Shown: positions 49,018-58,934 of the stretch, one piece after another
Numbering within the stretch: the first letter of the stretch is position 1
Layout: each line of letters begins with the position of its first letter
Origin: a virus
Lineage: Duplodnaviria > Caudoviricetes
Virus record (IMG/VR): IMGVR_UViG_3300042260_000337
Strand: one strand, 5' to 3'
Length of the DNA stretch: 64,000 nucleotides
Notes under the pieces: model-generated
Seen by the model: only the letters and a program-made list of their open reading frames with translations
What the model was told of the DNA's origin: nothing
The model's database searches: none
Position numbers and translations under genes: made by a program

Positions 49018-49873
49018 AGGTTATATATGCATTGCTCAGAATACCGCAGATCATGATTATTTGAACATGTCATATGCGATGGCGCTGAGTTTGAAAGCAA
49101 CACAGAAAATAAACAATGTGTGCCTGTGTGTTGATGCTCCTACAAAATCCATGCTCACTGGAAAGCACTATGCAGTTTTTGATGATATTGTAAGTATACC
49201 CTGGCACGACGATGCACAGTATAAGCCAACTTGGAAGATACATAACAAGTGGAAATACTCTCATATGACACCATTTGATGAAACAATAATTTTGGACAGT
49301 GATGTTGTATTTACTGAAAATATTGACCACTGGTGGAGCTACCTGTCAAAGCGAGACTTTTGGGCTTGCACCAACGTAAAAACGTTTCGTGGTGAAAATA
49401 TTACAGGGGACTACTACAGAAAGAAATTTACTGACTCTAACCTACCAAACATATACACAAATTTTACATATTTCAAACAATCCGACCTAACATATGAAAT
49501 AACCAGAATGGTTGAGTTCATAATGAAAAACTGGAATGAGTTTTACAAAAAATTTCTTCAAGGTGTAGGGCAAGAGTGGTTGAGCGCAGACTTGGCATAT
49601 GCCCTTGCTATTCGTCTGTTGGACGTTGAGAATGAAACATGTGATAATACCATTAAAGATGTTCCAACGTTTGTTCACATGAAGAGTTTTGTGCAGAATA
49701 TAAATATCAACAAAATAAATGCGGATTGGACAAAAAGCCTAACGAGCCAACTTTCAGATGATTTGTCTGTAACGATTGGTAATTTTAGGCAGGAAGTTCC
49801 AGTTCATTACGTTGAAAAACATTGGATGACAGAAGAAAAAATAAAGACATATGAGAGATTTCTTGGAATATGA
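49010..49873 (+). CDS. GT-A-fold glycosyltransferase-like protein, paralog
   Basis: KGYICIA, TPFDETIILDSDV (DxD), FVHMK. Confidence 0.65.
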   Translation: MSKGYICIAQNTADHDYLNMSYAMALSLKATQKINNVCLCVDAPTKSMLTGKHYAVFDDIVSIPWHDDAQYKPTWKIHNKWKYSHMTPFDETIILDSDVVFTENIDHWWSYLSKRDFWACTNVKTFRGENITGDYYRKKFTDSNLPNIYTNFTYFKQSDLTYEITRMVEFIMKNWNEFYKKFLQGVGQEWLSADLAYALAIRLLDVENETCDNTIKDVPTFVHMKSFVQNININKINADWTKSLTSQLSDDLSVTIGNFRQEVPVHYVEKHWMTEEKIKTYERFLGI

Positions 49874-50445
49874 TAAAAAGCGTTACCAACAAAACAGTTC
49901 CGCTAAGATATGTCTATTTTAGCAACGAAGGAACAATCACAAAAATATCAAGTAAAAATGACGACGAAAGTGATGACATGTGGGCAACATTTGATATTGC
50001 AGATGTAAAGCCATTCATTGATGGTTCGTTCAAGTTTTCAGATTATGTGGTAAATAAAAATACAACGGACATGGGATACTCTATTGTTAAAAAGAGAGTG
50101 GACGTAAAAAGCCGTGCGATAGAAAGCCAGATACGAAAAATTACTACTTGTAAAGATGCTGAAATTATGATATTATTAGAACAAAATAGCATAAAGATAA
50201 AAGCAGCTAAAAGCGTAATAGAGAAAGATTTATCTTCTGACCAAGAAGTTATGATTGCTGGAAAATCAAGCCATCCATTTTTTATTACGATAAAGGATAG
50301 ACCAGATTTCATTTTACAAGAAGTTTCGGTCCCATATAACATACTGTTGACAGGAGAAACATTTTCTGAGTCAATACCATATAACCATTCAGCGGTTAGT
50401 ATCTATACACGACCGTATTTTAATACATATTCATTGGAGACATAA
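49870..50445 (+). CDS. Hypothetical protein
   Basis: 191-aa ORF overlapping the upstream stop (ATGA-type coupling). Confidence 0.7.
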   Translation: MIKSVTNKTVPLRYVYFSNEGTITKISSKNDDESDDMWATFDIADVKPFIDGSFKFSDYVVNKNTTDMGYSIVKKRVDVKSRAIESQIRKITTCKDAEIMILLEQNSIKIKAAKSVIEKDLSSDQEVMIAGKSSHPFFITIKDRPDFILQEVSVPYNILLTGETFSESIPYNHSAVSIYTRPYFNTYSLET

Positions 50446-51426
50446 ATGGCAAAAATAGTAATCGGTGACTTAGATGTGTTTTATCTAAGCTATGATGAAC
50501 CAAACAAAGAAGAACATTGGGCGAATCTTTTGCAGAAGTTCCCGTTTGCTAAACGAGTGGATGGCGTCAAAGGATTTGACAATGCACATAAAGAATGTGC
50601 AAGGCAAAGTGAAACTGAACGTTTTATTACGATTGATGGCGACAATATTGTCAGCGACGAAAAGTTCTTTGACCTTGAAATTAGTATCCCAGAAAATACA
50701 AACATGGCAAACTCAGTTCTTAGTTGGTCGGCAAAGAATGTAGTAAACGGTCTGGTGTATGGAAATGGTGGAATTAAGTGTTGGCCAGTTCAACTTGTGT
50801 TGGACATGAAAACCCACGAAAACGCTGATAACGAATCAAAGAAGTTAGACTTCTGTTGGGATTTGAATTACATTCAAATGAACAATGTCTACTCACATGT
50901 GTTCAATGCTGGTTCTCCATTTCAGGCGTTCCGTTCAGGTTATCGTGAAGGTGTAAAGATGTCTCTGGATCAAGGACATGTTGTTCCAGCAAAGCAGTTC
51001 AAAAAACGTATATGGCCAAAGAACTATGAGCGTCTTTTGACTTGGTGCAATATAGGAGCAGACGTTGAAAATGGACTATGGGCCATATACGGCGCAAGAT
51101 TGGGATGCTTGGAAACTAATATAACAAAGTCGCTTCCAATTGATGGTATATCAAACTATGAATGGTTTAAGGATTATTTTGACGCTGAAATTCTTCCAGA
51201 ATTTAAAAATGGCGATGAGTATTGTAATAAAACCAAAGTTCACTGGAGCTACGATAAACTGTATGATGCCACACTTGATGTTGGCGACCAATTGATGGAT
51301 TCATTAGCAATGGAACTATGCGACCCGACTCCTGAGATGTCTGCGTTCTTCAAACGAGTTTATGTGAACCCACCACGGGTGGCAAACCCAATAGCCACCG
51401 AAAAACAAACTGGATGGGACAAGTAA
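50446..51426 (+). CDS. Glycosyltransferase-like protein (GT-A)
   Basis: DVFYLSYDEPN, GVKGFDNAHKECA, FITIDGDN (DxD). Confidence 0.6.
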   Translation: MAKIVIGDLDVFYLSYDEPNKEEHWANLLQKFPFAKRVDGVKGFDNAHKECARQSETERFITIDGDNIVSDEKFFDLEISIPENTNMANSVLSWSAKNVVNGLVYGNGGIKCWPVQLVLDMKTHENADNESKKLDFCWDLNYIQMNNVYSHVFNAGSPFQAFRSGYREGVKMSLDQGHVVPAKQFKKRIWPKNYERLLTWCNIGADVENGLWAIYGARLGCLETNITKSLPIDGISNYEWFKDYFDAEILPEFKNGDEYCNKTKVHWSYDKLYDATLDVGDQLMDSLAMELCDPTPEMSAFFKRVYVNPPRVANPIATEKQTGWDK

Positions 51427-53012
51427 TGAGTAAAACTCTAGATGATTTTAACTGGGAACGGCAAAAAGGAAGTAATGACATAATATCGTCACATTCTAAT
51501 GTCGAAAATGTAAAAGTATTGCTTGATAGCAAGGGACCAGGATTTTGCCTAGCAAAATTCAAGCAAGTGACACTTCATTTGGGAACTGGGTTGGTGCATT
51601 CATGCCATCACCCTAGTCCCCATAAGATTGACAAAACCGAGTTAGAAAACAACGTAATGACATTATTCAATACGTCAAGATTGAAACAAGTTCGCAAGCA
51701 AATGCTAAACGGAGAAAGACCTCGCGAATGCGACTATTGTTGGCGCATTGAAGATAACAAAAGCACCAGCGACCGTCATTTCAAGAGTGTTGAGCCATGG
51801 GCGATTGGCGACCATGACAAAATTGCGTCATACACTGGCGACGAGGATATATTTCCCTCATATCTTGAGGTTGATTTTAGTAACGTATGTAACCTACAAT
51901 GCACTTATTGTGGACCAGAGTTCAGTTCAAAATGGGTTGAAGACCTTAAACATAACGGTCCATTGAAAGTTTTAGAGGGAACTCCAAGCGAAAGTTGGGT
52001 TCAGGGCTGGCAAGACTTAGAAACGCTAAACATAAAAAATCGTGATGTCAACCCTTATATTGATGCATTTTGGGAATGGTGGCCATCTGCATATCCACAT
52101 CTAAAACATTACCGAATTACGGGCGGTGAACCTCTGATGAGTAAAGAAACCTTCCGCAGTATGGATTGGTTTATAGAGAACCCAAACCCAAATCTTGAGT
52201 TCAGTATCAATACAAATCTTTCTGTTCCCGATAAATTGTGGGAAAAATTTGTTGAAAAGTTAAAGTTACTGAATGATGGTAAAACTGTTGCAAAGATTAC
52301 GGTTTACACCAGTGTTGAAGGATGGGGTGCAGCCGCTGAGTATGCAAGAACTGGTCTGGATTTTGAACTCTTTAAGCGTAGATTTGAAGAATTGGCTTCT
52401 ATAGGAAACGTCCGTTGTGTGATTATGGCCGCTTTCAATATATTTAGTGTCACTACATTTCAGAAACTACTTGAATGGGTGTATGAGTTAAAATGCAAGC
52501 ATAATACTAATGTTGGAGCAATAGGGATGGAAAAAGAAACTGGGTATGCGTTAGCATCTCCTAGTTTATCAGACCGTGAAACTCACAATCCAACTCTTGC
52601 TCGTTCATACGTAGTGGGGCTTGATATTCCATATTTGAGAAGTCCTGCCATGTTGGATGCACACAATATTTCGCATGAGTTGGTTGAAAAGTATTTGATA
52701 CCATCACTAGACTACATGGCAAGCCATGCTGCATGGGATTCTTGGAGTAATCATCAAGGATTTGAACGTCACGAAATTGAAAAACTTCGTAGAATTGTTG
52801 TTCATCGTATGTATCATAACAGAAAGAACGACCCAACCGACAGCCATTTTGAGACTCTTAAACAGCGGGCAATGTTTTACGACTTTGTAAATGAAAACGA
52901 CAAGCGCAGAGGGTCAAACTTTTTGAACTCGTTTCCTGAAATGACTGAGTTCTACCAGTTGTGTGAAGCCGCGAAAAAAGAGTTTATCTCGCTTCTTGGA
53001 AATAAACAGTAA
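51426..53012 (+). CDS. Radical SAM enzyme 1 with N-terminal SPASM/twitch-like Cys domain
   Basis: CNLQCTYC (CxxxCxxC), ITGGEPL, INTN. N-terminal FCLAK...HSCHH...ECDYCW. Start set at MSKTL. Confidence 0.9.
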   Translation: MSKTLDDFNWERQKGSNDIISSHSNVENVKVLLDSKGPGFCLAKFKQVTLHLGTGLVHSCHHPSPHKIDKTELENNVMTLFNTSRLKQVRKQMLNGERPRECDYCWRIEDNKSTSDRHFKSVEPWAIGDHDKIASYTGDEDIFPSYLEVDFSNVCNLQCTYCGPEFSSKWVEDLKHNGPLKVLEGTPSESWVQGWQDLETLNIKNRDVNPYIDAFWEWWPSAYPHLKHYRITGGEPLMSKETFRSMDWFIENPNPNLEFSINTNLSVPDKLWEKFVEKLKLLNDGKTVAKITVYTSVEGWGAAAEYARTGLDFELFKRRFEELASIGNVRCVIMAAFNIFSVTTFQKLLEWVYELKCKHNTNVGAIGMEKETGYALASPSLSDRETHNPTLARSYVVGLDIPYLRSPAMLDAHNISHELVEKYLIPSLDYMASHAAWDSWSNHQGFERHEIEKLRRIVVHRMYHNRKNDPTDSHFETLKQRAMFYDFVNENDKRRGSNFLNSFPEMTEFYQLCEAAKKEFISLLGNKQ

Positions 53013-53016
53013 ATAA

Positions 53017-54432
53017 ATGCAACAACAGCTATCTGATTACAACTGGAATGTAAACTTAGAACAGCGACTTCAAAACATGAAGTCGCTGTTGAACTCTACT
53101 GGAACTGGATTTTGTTTGGCAAAATTCAAACAAGTTACTATGCATCTTTCTCTTGGCAAGGTGCATTCTTGCCACCATCCATATGCACACAAGATTGACC
53201 CAGTGGACGTTCAACAAAATCCAAGTTTACTGTTTAATACGCCAGTGCTGAAGACAGCTAGAAAAGAAATGTTGTCTGGTGAGCGCCCGTCAGAGTGTAA
53301 CTACTGTTGGAGAGTAGAAGATTCTGACGATGAAAACTTTTCTGATAGACATCTAAAAAGTTCCGATACCTGGGCAATTGACGATCACGATACCATTGCA
53401 TCTTACACTGGTGATGAAGATATATACCCATCGTATTTGGAAGTTAGTTTTAATAACGCATGTAATTTGAAATGTCTGTATTGCGGACCAGAGTTCAGTT
53501 CAAAATGGGCAGAAGAAATAAAGAGCAATGGGCAAATACCCTTACTATCAGGCACAAAAGACTTTGAAATACATAATTATTTTAGGCCAAATGCTATTAT
53601 AAAGAACAGAGAATATAATCCATACACTGAAGCATTTTGGAAATGGTGGCCAGAAGTATATAAGCATCTTCAGGTTTTTAGAATTACTGGCGGCGAACCT
53701 TTAATGAGCAAAGACACGTTTAAATCACTGGACTGGTTTATAGAAAACCCAAATAAAAATTTAGAATTATGTATCAATAGCAATTTCAGCGTCGAAGATT
53801 CGTTATGGAAAAAGTTTATTGACAAAATAATCACGTTGCAAAATTCAGGAAACGTTAAAACCATAACCATATATACAAGTGTTGAGGCATGGGCTGAACG
53901 TGCAGAATATATAAGAACTGGTCTTGATTTTAATTTGCTATTGAATAGAATTGATGAGTGTTTATCCAAGGGAGTTCGCGTGGATATTATGGCAGCGTTC
54001 AACATACTGTCATTATCATCATATAAGCAATTGTTACAATGGGTTTTAAGCAGAAAAAAAATATATAATAAAGATAAAACACTAATTGCAATAGATACTG
54101 CATACGTTCGTGGCCCCGACCATTTGGATGCAATATTTTTAACAAGTGACCTGTTAAATTACTTAAAAGATATTACAGATTATGTCAAACAAAATATTTC
54201 AAATGATGGATATCACATGTATGAATATGAGAAAGTATCCAGAATATATTCAACTGTTTTGAATAGAAAAATATCAACGCAATCTAAAATTAAATGCAGA
54301 GCAAAGTTTTTTGATTACATTAATGAACTTGATACTCGGTATGGCGTAAAATTTCTAAATTGCTTTCCCGAATATTCTAAATATTACAGAGTTGCAAAGA
54401 AAGCCAGAAAGAGATTTAAGGATATAAGATGA
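53017..54432 (+). CDS. Radical SAM enzyme 2, paralog of 1
   Basis: CNLKCLYC, ITGGEPL, N-terminal FCLAK...HSCHH...ECNYCW. Confidence 0.9.
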   Translation: MQQQLSDYNWNVNLEQRLQNMKSLLNSTGTGFCLAKFKQVTMHLSLGKVHSCHHPYAHKIDPVDVQQNPSLLFNTPVLKTARKEMLSGERPSECNYCWRVEDSDDENFSDRHLKSSDTWAIDDHDTIASYTGDEDIYPSYLEVSFNNACNLKCLYCGPEFSSKWAEEIKSNGQIPLLSGTKDFEIHNYFRPNAIIKNREYNPYTEAFWKWWPEVYKHLQVFRITGGEPLMSKDTFKSLDWFIENPNKNLELCINSNFSVEDSLWKKFIDKIITLQNSGNVKTITIYTSVEAWAERAEYIRTGLDFNLLLNRIDECLSKGVRVDIMAAFNILSLSSYKQLLQWVLSRKKIYNKDKTLIAIDTAYVRGPDHLDAIFLTSDLLNYLKDITDYVKQNISNDGYHMYEYEKVSRIYSTVLNRKISTQSKIKCRAKFFDYINELDTRYGVKFLNCFPEYSKYYRVAKKARKRFKDIR

Positions 54433-55235
54433 AAAAAATTGCAGTTATAGGGTGTAGTCACAGTTCGTATGACCAAGTTTTTCATGGACCTAGTAGCGAT
54501 GGAAAAGACTGGGTTCATCATGTGTCAACTATTGCCCCAGAGTTTGAATTTCATAGTTTTGCGTGTGAAGGGCATGGTCCATTATATTATGACTACACTC
54601 TCAAAGAGATCGCAACAAAATACGAGCCTAAGTTTTTTGACACCTTGATAGTTCAATACACGGTCGGGGGGAGATGGATATTTCCTCTTAACGCTGGAAA
54701 TCTATGGAACCCAAACCAAAATACCTATACCGATTTTGATTCGACCAATATCACTGACAACTACAAATTCTATAAGCTATTTCCGCAGCGTGTCTCATTG
54801 TCCAGAAACCGAGCGACAGCGTGGCATGTAAATAGAAAAGATTACTTGTATCGCAGAAGGATACGACAAATAGAAGTATCGTTGGATGAAATATACCAGC
54901 CCGATGGTATTGTTACAACATACGAATCAAATTTCTCAAGGACATTGGTTCCTTTATATGGTCAGTATTTTAACAATATTTTTTATTTCGATTTTAGCAA
55001 TACAATGTTTAACGCAACTACTACGGACAAAGATTTTCAATATAGAAACAATATTGGATGGGATAAACCATTTAAGAACTATGTAACAGACAAATATGGA
55101 TTAGAATACGTGGCGGAATTTTTGTTTGATAGCTCGTTTCACTGCTCAAAACTTGGAAATGAAGTGTTGGTGAATGAATATCTAAATGAGAGTCTTCTTG
55201 GGGATTATCTAGGAACAAGAGGTAAACTAGTTTGA
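54429..55235 (+). CDS. SGNH/GDSL-like hydrolase or acyltransferase (putative)
   Basis: IAVIGCSHS (block I GxS) and C-terminal DSSFH (DxxH) followed by a helix. Confidence 0.5.
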   Translation: MKKIAVIGCSHSSYDQVFHGPSSDGKDWVHHVSTIAPEFEFHSFACEGHGPLYYDYTLKEIATKYEPKFFDTLIVQYTVGGRWIFPLNAGNLWNPNQNTYTDFDSTNITDNYKFYKLFPQRVSLSRNRATAWHVNRKDYLYRRRIRQIEVSLDEIYQPDGIVTTYESNFSRTLVPLYGQYFNNIFYFDFSNTMFNATTTDKDFQYRNNIGWDKPFKNYVTDKYGLEYVAEFLFDSSFHCSKLGNEVLVNEYLNESLLGDYLGTRGKLV

Positions 55236-56497
55236 TTAATTTACATGAAAATAAACACATATGTGCATTGGCATGGAACCATCTTCACGTTACGATAGAA
55301 GGGCGTGTTGCGCCCTGTTGCGTTTATACATCTTATACGTCAGAATCAGAGAAGCTATATAACTTGAAAACACATACTTTGTCTGAGGCTATAAACAGCC
55401 CTGGAATGAAAGAGATGCGAAAGGCAATGATTGAGGGAAAGCCCCATGGATTGTGTTCCGTATGCGATTACAATTTAGAGAATGGCATTAGGTCACCAAG
55501 GGATAAATTCAATGAACGATATATGGAACAAACTATAAATCTGATAGAAAAAACAAATCCAGATGGTTCTCTCGACATTGAAAATTTTAATCCAATATAC
55601 GTAGATTTTCGATTCAGCAATCTGTGTAATTTGAGATGCCGTATGTGTTCTATCCAAGCAAGCAGCGCATGGTACAACGAAACAGTAGAATACAACAAAC
55701 TAACAAATGGTGGACCCGTATACTATGATAAGAAGTTTGAAAACAATAATTCTAGCGAACAAGTAATACACTTACTTGACAGTGTTGAACACATGTATTG
55801 GGCTGGCGGCGAACCGTTATTACTTGATGAGCATTATTCTATACTGAAGCATTTGATAGATTCGGGTAGGGCTGCGCAAGTAAGTCTGGTTTACAACACA
55901 AACATGACGATTTCAAAATACAAAGGAACTCCTGTAGTAGAATACTGGAAGCATTTCAAACACGTATTCGTAGTTGGTAGTATAGATGGCATTGAAGCAG
56001 TGTCAGATTACATACGAACTGGATCGTCATGGGAAAAAACAAAGGAAGTTTTCGAATCATTTAAACGGTCTGGATATGAGAACATCCAAGTTCATCCGTG
56101 TTTAACTGTAAGCATGTTGAACATATTATACATTCCAGAACTTGTCAAGTGGCTGTATCAAAATAAATGGTTTGATGACGATATGGCAGAAATCGCCATA
56201 AATTTTGTTGATTACCCACCCGAAATGTCAATAAAATATATTCCAAGAGAACATAGAGAAACACTGAGTAACATGTTTTTAGAACTATACGATTGGTTAC
56301 GAGAGCGTGGCCATCCTCGGTCAGTTGATCCTTTGAATACGATACTGAAATATGTTAATGGGTTTAATTGCTCCGATGATGAAATAGAAAAAAATGTTTT
56401 GTCTCTTATAAGAAGATTGGATATATATGACATAACCGGTAAGCTGAATTGGAGAAACAGCTTACCAGAATTAGAAAAGATATTAAGTGGCTATTGA
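55232..56497 (+). CDS. Radical SAM enzyme 3 with N-terminal auxiliary Cys domain
   Basis: CNLRCRMC, WAGGEPL, YNTN. N-terminal ICALAW...PCC...LCSVC. Confidence 0.9.
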   Translation: MINLHENKHICALAWNHLHVTIEGRVAPCCVYTSYTSESEKLYNLKTHTLSEAINSPGMKEMRKAMIEGKPHGLCSVCDYNLENGIRSPRDKFNERYMEQTINLIEKTNPDGSLDIENFNPIYVDFRFSNLCNLRCRMCSIQASSAWYNETVEYNKLTNGGPVYYDKKFENNNSSEQVIHLLDSVEHMYWAGGEPLLLDEHYSILKHLIDSGRAAQVSLVYNTNMTISKYKGTPVVEYWKHFKHVFVVGSIDGIEAVSDYIRTGSSWEKTKEVFESFKRSGYENIQVHPCLTVSMLNILYIPELVKWLYQNKWFDDDMAEIAINFVDYPPEMSIKYIPREHRETLSNMFLELYDWLRERGHPRSVDPLNTILKYVNGFNCSDDEIEKNVLSLIRRLDIYDITGKLNWRNSLPELEKILSGY

Positions 56498-56920
56498 CTT
56501 TATCATGGTATAGTTTATGTTGTGCTTGAACATCCATACCATTAAGAATTCCTCCATTTTCCATTCTTCATTCTTGACCGCATGTAATGGGGTATTAACA
56601 AGATTGTTTACTGAATGAACCCATCTTGAAAATGTTGTCATTTTGATAAAGGTCATAAATGAATCTGCGTAAAATGTATTATAATTGTCAATAAAGCATA
56701 CCGTGTTTTTTTCTGCTCCATATATATAATCGGTGCGATTTTTTTCTGAAATATTATCTAATGAAAAACTTCTTGGTGAGCATATGACTCCCTTTACTTG
56801 AAGTTTTGTTTTTAGGGTTTCGCTGCTGATATTTTTCATTGCAAGTTGCCATGCTTTTTTATAATGGTTCGAATCTATTCTTGATTCTGGAATTATCCCT
56901 GTTATATATTGTTCAACCAT
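56483..56920 (-). CDS. Hypothetical protein
   Basis: 145-aa ORF overlapping the upstream GT-like gene. Confidence 0.6.
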   Translation of the reverse strand: MVEQYITGIIPESRIDSNHYKKAWQLAMKNISSETLKTKLQVKGVICSPRSFSLDNISEKNRTDYIYGAEKNTVCFIDNYNTFYADSFMTFIKMTTFSRWVHSVNNLVNTPLHAVKNEEWKMEEFLMVWMFKHNINYTMIKSIAT

Positions 56921-57884
56921 TGTTCCAATAGCTTCCTATTTTTATAAAATCGTCGTTGTCGTTTGGGTTAAGTTCTTTTATTTCTTTATTTGGTCTTGCA
57001 ACAATCATATGTATTTCGTCATGAATATCATTGATAAGTCTTTCTTCAATATTATTCATAGTTCCTCCGTCTTTCCATCTTTCTGAAATGCCTGGTGTTC
57101 TTATAATTGGAACTGAGATCGGACTTCCAAGTCTTCCGAATAGAACATGGAAGTTCATAAAGTCCCTAAATGCTTCATACTTTGGAAATGAGGTGTTTCC
57201 GTATATAGAAGTTTTTTTATGCATATAATCAATCATCTCATAGCATATTCTATCTGCCGCCGCCCCTGTAAATACAATCAACAAGTCATTTATCATATTA
57301 CAAAACATCGTATAGCGCCCAGGGTCGTTTCCTACGTATGCGTGGTTGGATGCGGGACTTATAATAGAATCTGGATCATTTGGCCAAACTTTTAAGTCAT
57401 CTGACGATTTTATTTTTTCTATTAGTTGTGGTATATAATCCATTGGCCTAAAGATTACATCATATCTTAGCATTATCACAGCGTCATAAAATATACCAGT
57501 CTCGGCCTCATATTTCTGTTTTAACAAAAGGCTATCAATCACCCCCGCTGGGGACAATACGCCATGATGATTGAACTCTGTTCTTTCTTTGTTTTCATTT
57601 TGTGTGATTAACTCAAACGGGTCAGTTACAAAATGAATACTTTTTGGATTCAATACATCTGTTATGGTTTTTCTAATATGGTCAACCTCATCATCATTTA
57701 TTGTTTCAACGCCCATCTCCATCAAGCGTCTTGATGCGTGAAATGATAGGCTGTTTTTTGTTGAACAAAATATGTCTATGTTTTCTACATTTATATTGTC
57801 GATTATAGATTTTAAATGTGGCAGACAAACGTCTCCTGAACGATATTGGCCATAAAAACATATAGCCAAGTTTACTATATTCAT
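56913..57884 (-). CDS. Putative glycosyltransferase (AICFYGQYR family)
   Basis: NLAICFYGQYR, DIFCSTK, YDAVIMLRYD (RxD), NDLL. Confidence 0.55.
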   Translation of the reverse strand: MNIVNLAICFYGQYRSGDVCLPHLKSIIDNINVENIDIFCSTKNSLSFHASRRLMEMGVETINDDEVDHIRKTITDVLNPKSIHFVTDPFELITQNENKERTEFNHHGVLSPAGVIDSLLLKQKYEAETGIFYDAVIMLRYDVIFRPMDYIPQLIEKIKSSDDLKVWPNDPDSIISPASNHAYVGNDPGRYTMFCNMINDLLIVFTGAAADRICYEMIDYMHKKTSIYGNTSFPKYEAFRDFMNFHVLFGRLGSPISVPIIRTPGISERWKDGGTMNNIEERLINDIHDEIHMIVARPNKEIKELNPNDNDDFIKIGSYWNNG

Positions 57885-57902
57885 ATGATAAACTCCTTCG
57901 CT

Positions 57903-58880
57903 TTATTTATCTTGGGTTGTAATCCATATACTCATTATTTTGTCAAAGTCATCTTCGTTTGATGGGTTCATATTATTGATGTCTGGATGTGGCCTGACTA
58001 GAGCAAACATTGGCTGAGTTTTTAAGTTGCAATTCGCTCTTTCATCAAAGTTATGTATGTCACCACTTGCTTCATTTTTATTTTTTGGATACTTGGTGAT
58101 ATGCGGGGCATCTATATGATGGAGCGAAATTCTATTTGCTAGATGTGTTAGCATACTGTGGCAATCATACATATGTTTGTATTTACTATACTTATGATTT
58201 TCATTGGTATATACACCAACAACAGTATCAACTAAGTTGACAAGTTCGTAACACAACCTGTCTGCGCCCGAACCAGTAAATGCAATAAATAAATCTGCAA
58301 TAGGATTTGGAAGAATGCTATATGGATGTGTTACATTCATTAAAAATGCGTCATTTATGATTCCCGCTATTATCGAATCTGGGTCGTTGGGCCATATCTT
58401 CAAATCATCTTCTTTTTGCATCTGGTATATGAATTTTTGTATGTAATCAATCGGTCTTATCATTATATCATATCTCATCAAAATTACGGCATCATAAAAC
58501 ATTTCATTCTCTGCTTCATATTGCTGTTTTAACAAAATAGAATCGATGATGCCAGTGAATACATAAAAATCTTTGCGAACATCTGAGTTCATTCTTTCTA
58601 TATCGTCCACTAGGACATTTATTCTTTTAGGAGAGAGTAATTTTTTTAAGGTGTTGACTGTTTTTTCAATTTCGCTGGCATCAACTGAATATACTGAGTT
58701 TATATCAATTTCAGAAATTGACCCATCTGCGGTATGATATGAAACTGTATCTTTTACTGAACAAAATATGTCAACGTTGACATTTTTTATTTGAGTGAGC
58801 ACATCTTTCAAATGCGGAACACATATGTCGCCCGTTCTGTATTGACCATAAAAACAAATTGCAAGATTAGTTATTTTCAT
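57903..58880 (-). CDS. Putative glycosyltransferase, paralog of 56913..57884
   Basis: NLAICFYGQYR, YDAVILMRYD, IWPNDPDSII. Start set at MKITN (58880). Confidence 0.55.
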   Translation of the reverse strand: MKITNLAICFYGQYRTGDICVPHLKDVLTQIKNVNVDIFCSVKDTVSYHTADGSISEIDINSVYSVDASEIEKTVNTLKKLLSPKRINVLVDDIERMNSDVRKDFYVFTGIIDSILLKQQYEAENEMFYDAVILMRYDIMIRPIDYIQKFIYQMQKEDDLKIWPNDPDSIIAGIINDAFLMNVTHPYSILPNPIADLFIAFTGSGADRLCYELVNLVDTVVGVYTNENHKYSKYKHMYDCHSMLTHLANRISLHHIDAPHITKYPKNKNEASGDIHNFDERANCNLKTQPMFALVRPHPDINNMNPSNEDDFDKIMSIWITTQDK

Positions 58881-58885
58881 ATTCA

Positions 58886-58913
58886 TATTTATGTCAAAAT
58901 AAATGCATAAATA
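58886..58913. promoter_or_regulatory. Back-to-back late promoters CATAAATA
   Basis: Minus strand 58886-58893 (5 nt before ATG 58880) and plus strand 58906-58913 (upstream of 58935). Confidence 0.55.
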
Positions 58914-58934
58914 TAATAATAGTAGGATTTAATT

